Source: a virus (taxonomy: Duplodnaviria > Caudoviricetes). Taken from it: a DNA stretch of 25,025 nt. Positions 24,361 through 25,025 of the stretch are shown one piece after another. The notes beneath the pieces are model-generated. The model was not told where the DNA came from. It worked only from the letters and a program-made list of their open reading frames with translations, and did no database searches. The stretch is taken from the IMG/VR virus record IMGVR_UViG_3300025141_000689, positions 1 through 25,025 of that record, one strand, 5' to 3'. Each line of letters opens with the position of its first letter. Position 1 is the stretch's first letter. The position numbers were made by a program, and so were the translations under genes.

Positions 24361-25025
24361 TTATTGTGGTCCTATCGTTTTTAAAGTTACTGGTCCAGAA
24401 GATACATTATACCCTCCACCACTAATTTGTCCAGTAGTAGCTGTTCCTCCGCTACTGAAATAAAAATAATTATCTGGAGTTAATAAATTTCTAACAGCTG
24501 CTCCAGCTGAATGAGTTGCAGCAGTGCTTCCATGTCCACCTCTTGTAACTCCTGTTAAAACACTACCATCAAGTCCTGTGTAAGTAATAAGTTCTGTTCC
24601 AACTAAAATAGCATTTGTTGGAGTCCCATTTGGATTATTAATAGTAGGGACTCTCGGTCCACTTTTAGCAAAATTTGTTGAACTAGCTAATACAATTCCT
24701 GTCGTAGCTGTAGCACTAGAAATAGTAGAAAATAAGGTTGTAGTCACAGAAGTATATTTTCCTGGAATAACTGAAAAACCAGCGGCGTTACAAATAGTAG
24801 CTCCAGTAATTCCGTCGATGTTTGCAATATTACTAAACTGTGGATCAGTAGAAGCAGCAGAACTAGTTGTTGGAGATCCTCTAAATCTTACCGTGTCACC
24901 ATAACTTCTTTGATGGTCTACAGAATATGTATTTATAATTCCTGAAGCTGCAGCAAAAGTAGTTAAAGGATTAAAATCTAAAAATCTTAATGATTCAGGG
25001 GAAGGTTGTTGAGGTCTTGTTTTTG
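24361..25025 (-). CDS. Putative structural protein, 5'-truncated by the window edge
   Basis: The frame stays open from 25023 (KTRPQQPSPESLRFLDFNPLTT...) through the listed 128-aa ORF, so the true start is outside the window. Confidence 0.75.
   Translation of the reverse strand, partial: KTRPQQPSPESLRFLDFNPLTTFAAASGIINTYSVDHQRSYGDTVRFRGSPTTSSAASTDPQFSNIANIDGITGATICNAAGFSVIPGKYTSVTTTLFSTISSATATTGIVLASSTNFAKSGPRVPTINNPNGTPTNAILVGTELITYTGLDGSVLTGVTRGGHGSTAATHSAGAAVRNLLTPDNYFYFSSGGTATTGQISGGGYNVSSGPVTLKTIGPQ

Overview
AT-rich dsDNA phage segment with podovirus-like organisation. It resembles marine pelagiphage or uncultured alphaproteobacterial phages, judged from gene content only. A 5'-truncated SNF2-family helicase on the + strand converges on a long, tightly packed - strand structural operon. 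In transcription order this operon holds: head-tail/tail proteins; three paralogous glycine-rich fibre proteins and a conserved companion gene; six tandem 2OG-Fe(II) oxygenase-fold genes; further tail genes, including a 750-aa tail hub; four putative internal-virion/ejection proteins; and a holin-like gene plus an M15 peptidase endolysin. Two short genes missing from the ORF track (10407-10571, 22304-22480) were found. The most notable observations are: (1) a perfect FNR/FixK-type box with class II promoter geometry in front of the oxygenase cassette; (2) a 25-bp strand-specific RNA hairpin that closes the cassette and hides the next gene's ribosome-binding site; (3) a 499-aa modular protein in which duplicated acidic modules are punctuated by about a dozen 'MAxGG / RxGYxxG' motifs, shared with a neighbouring protein. 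No tRNA, rRNA, CRISPR array or transposase was seen. All functional calls come from motif recognition by eye, without database searches.
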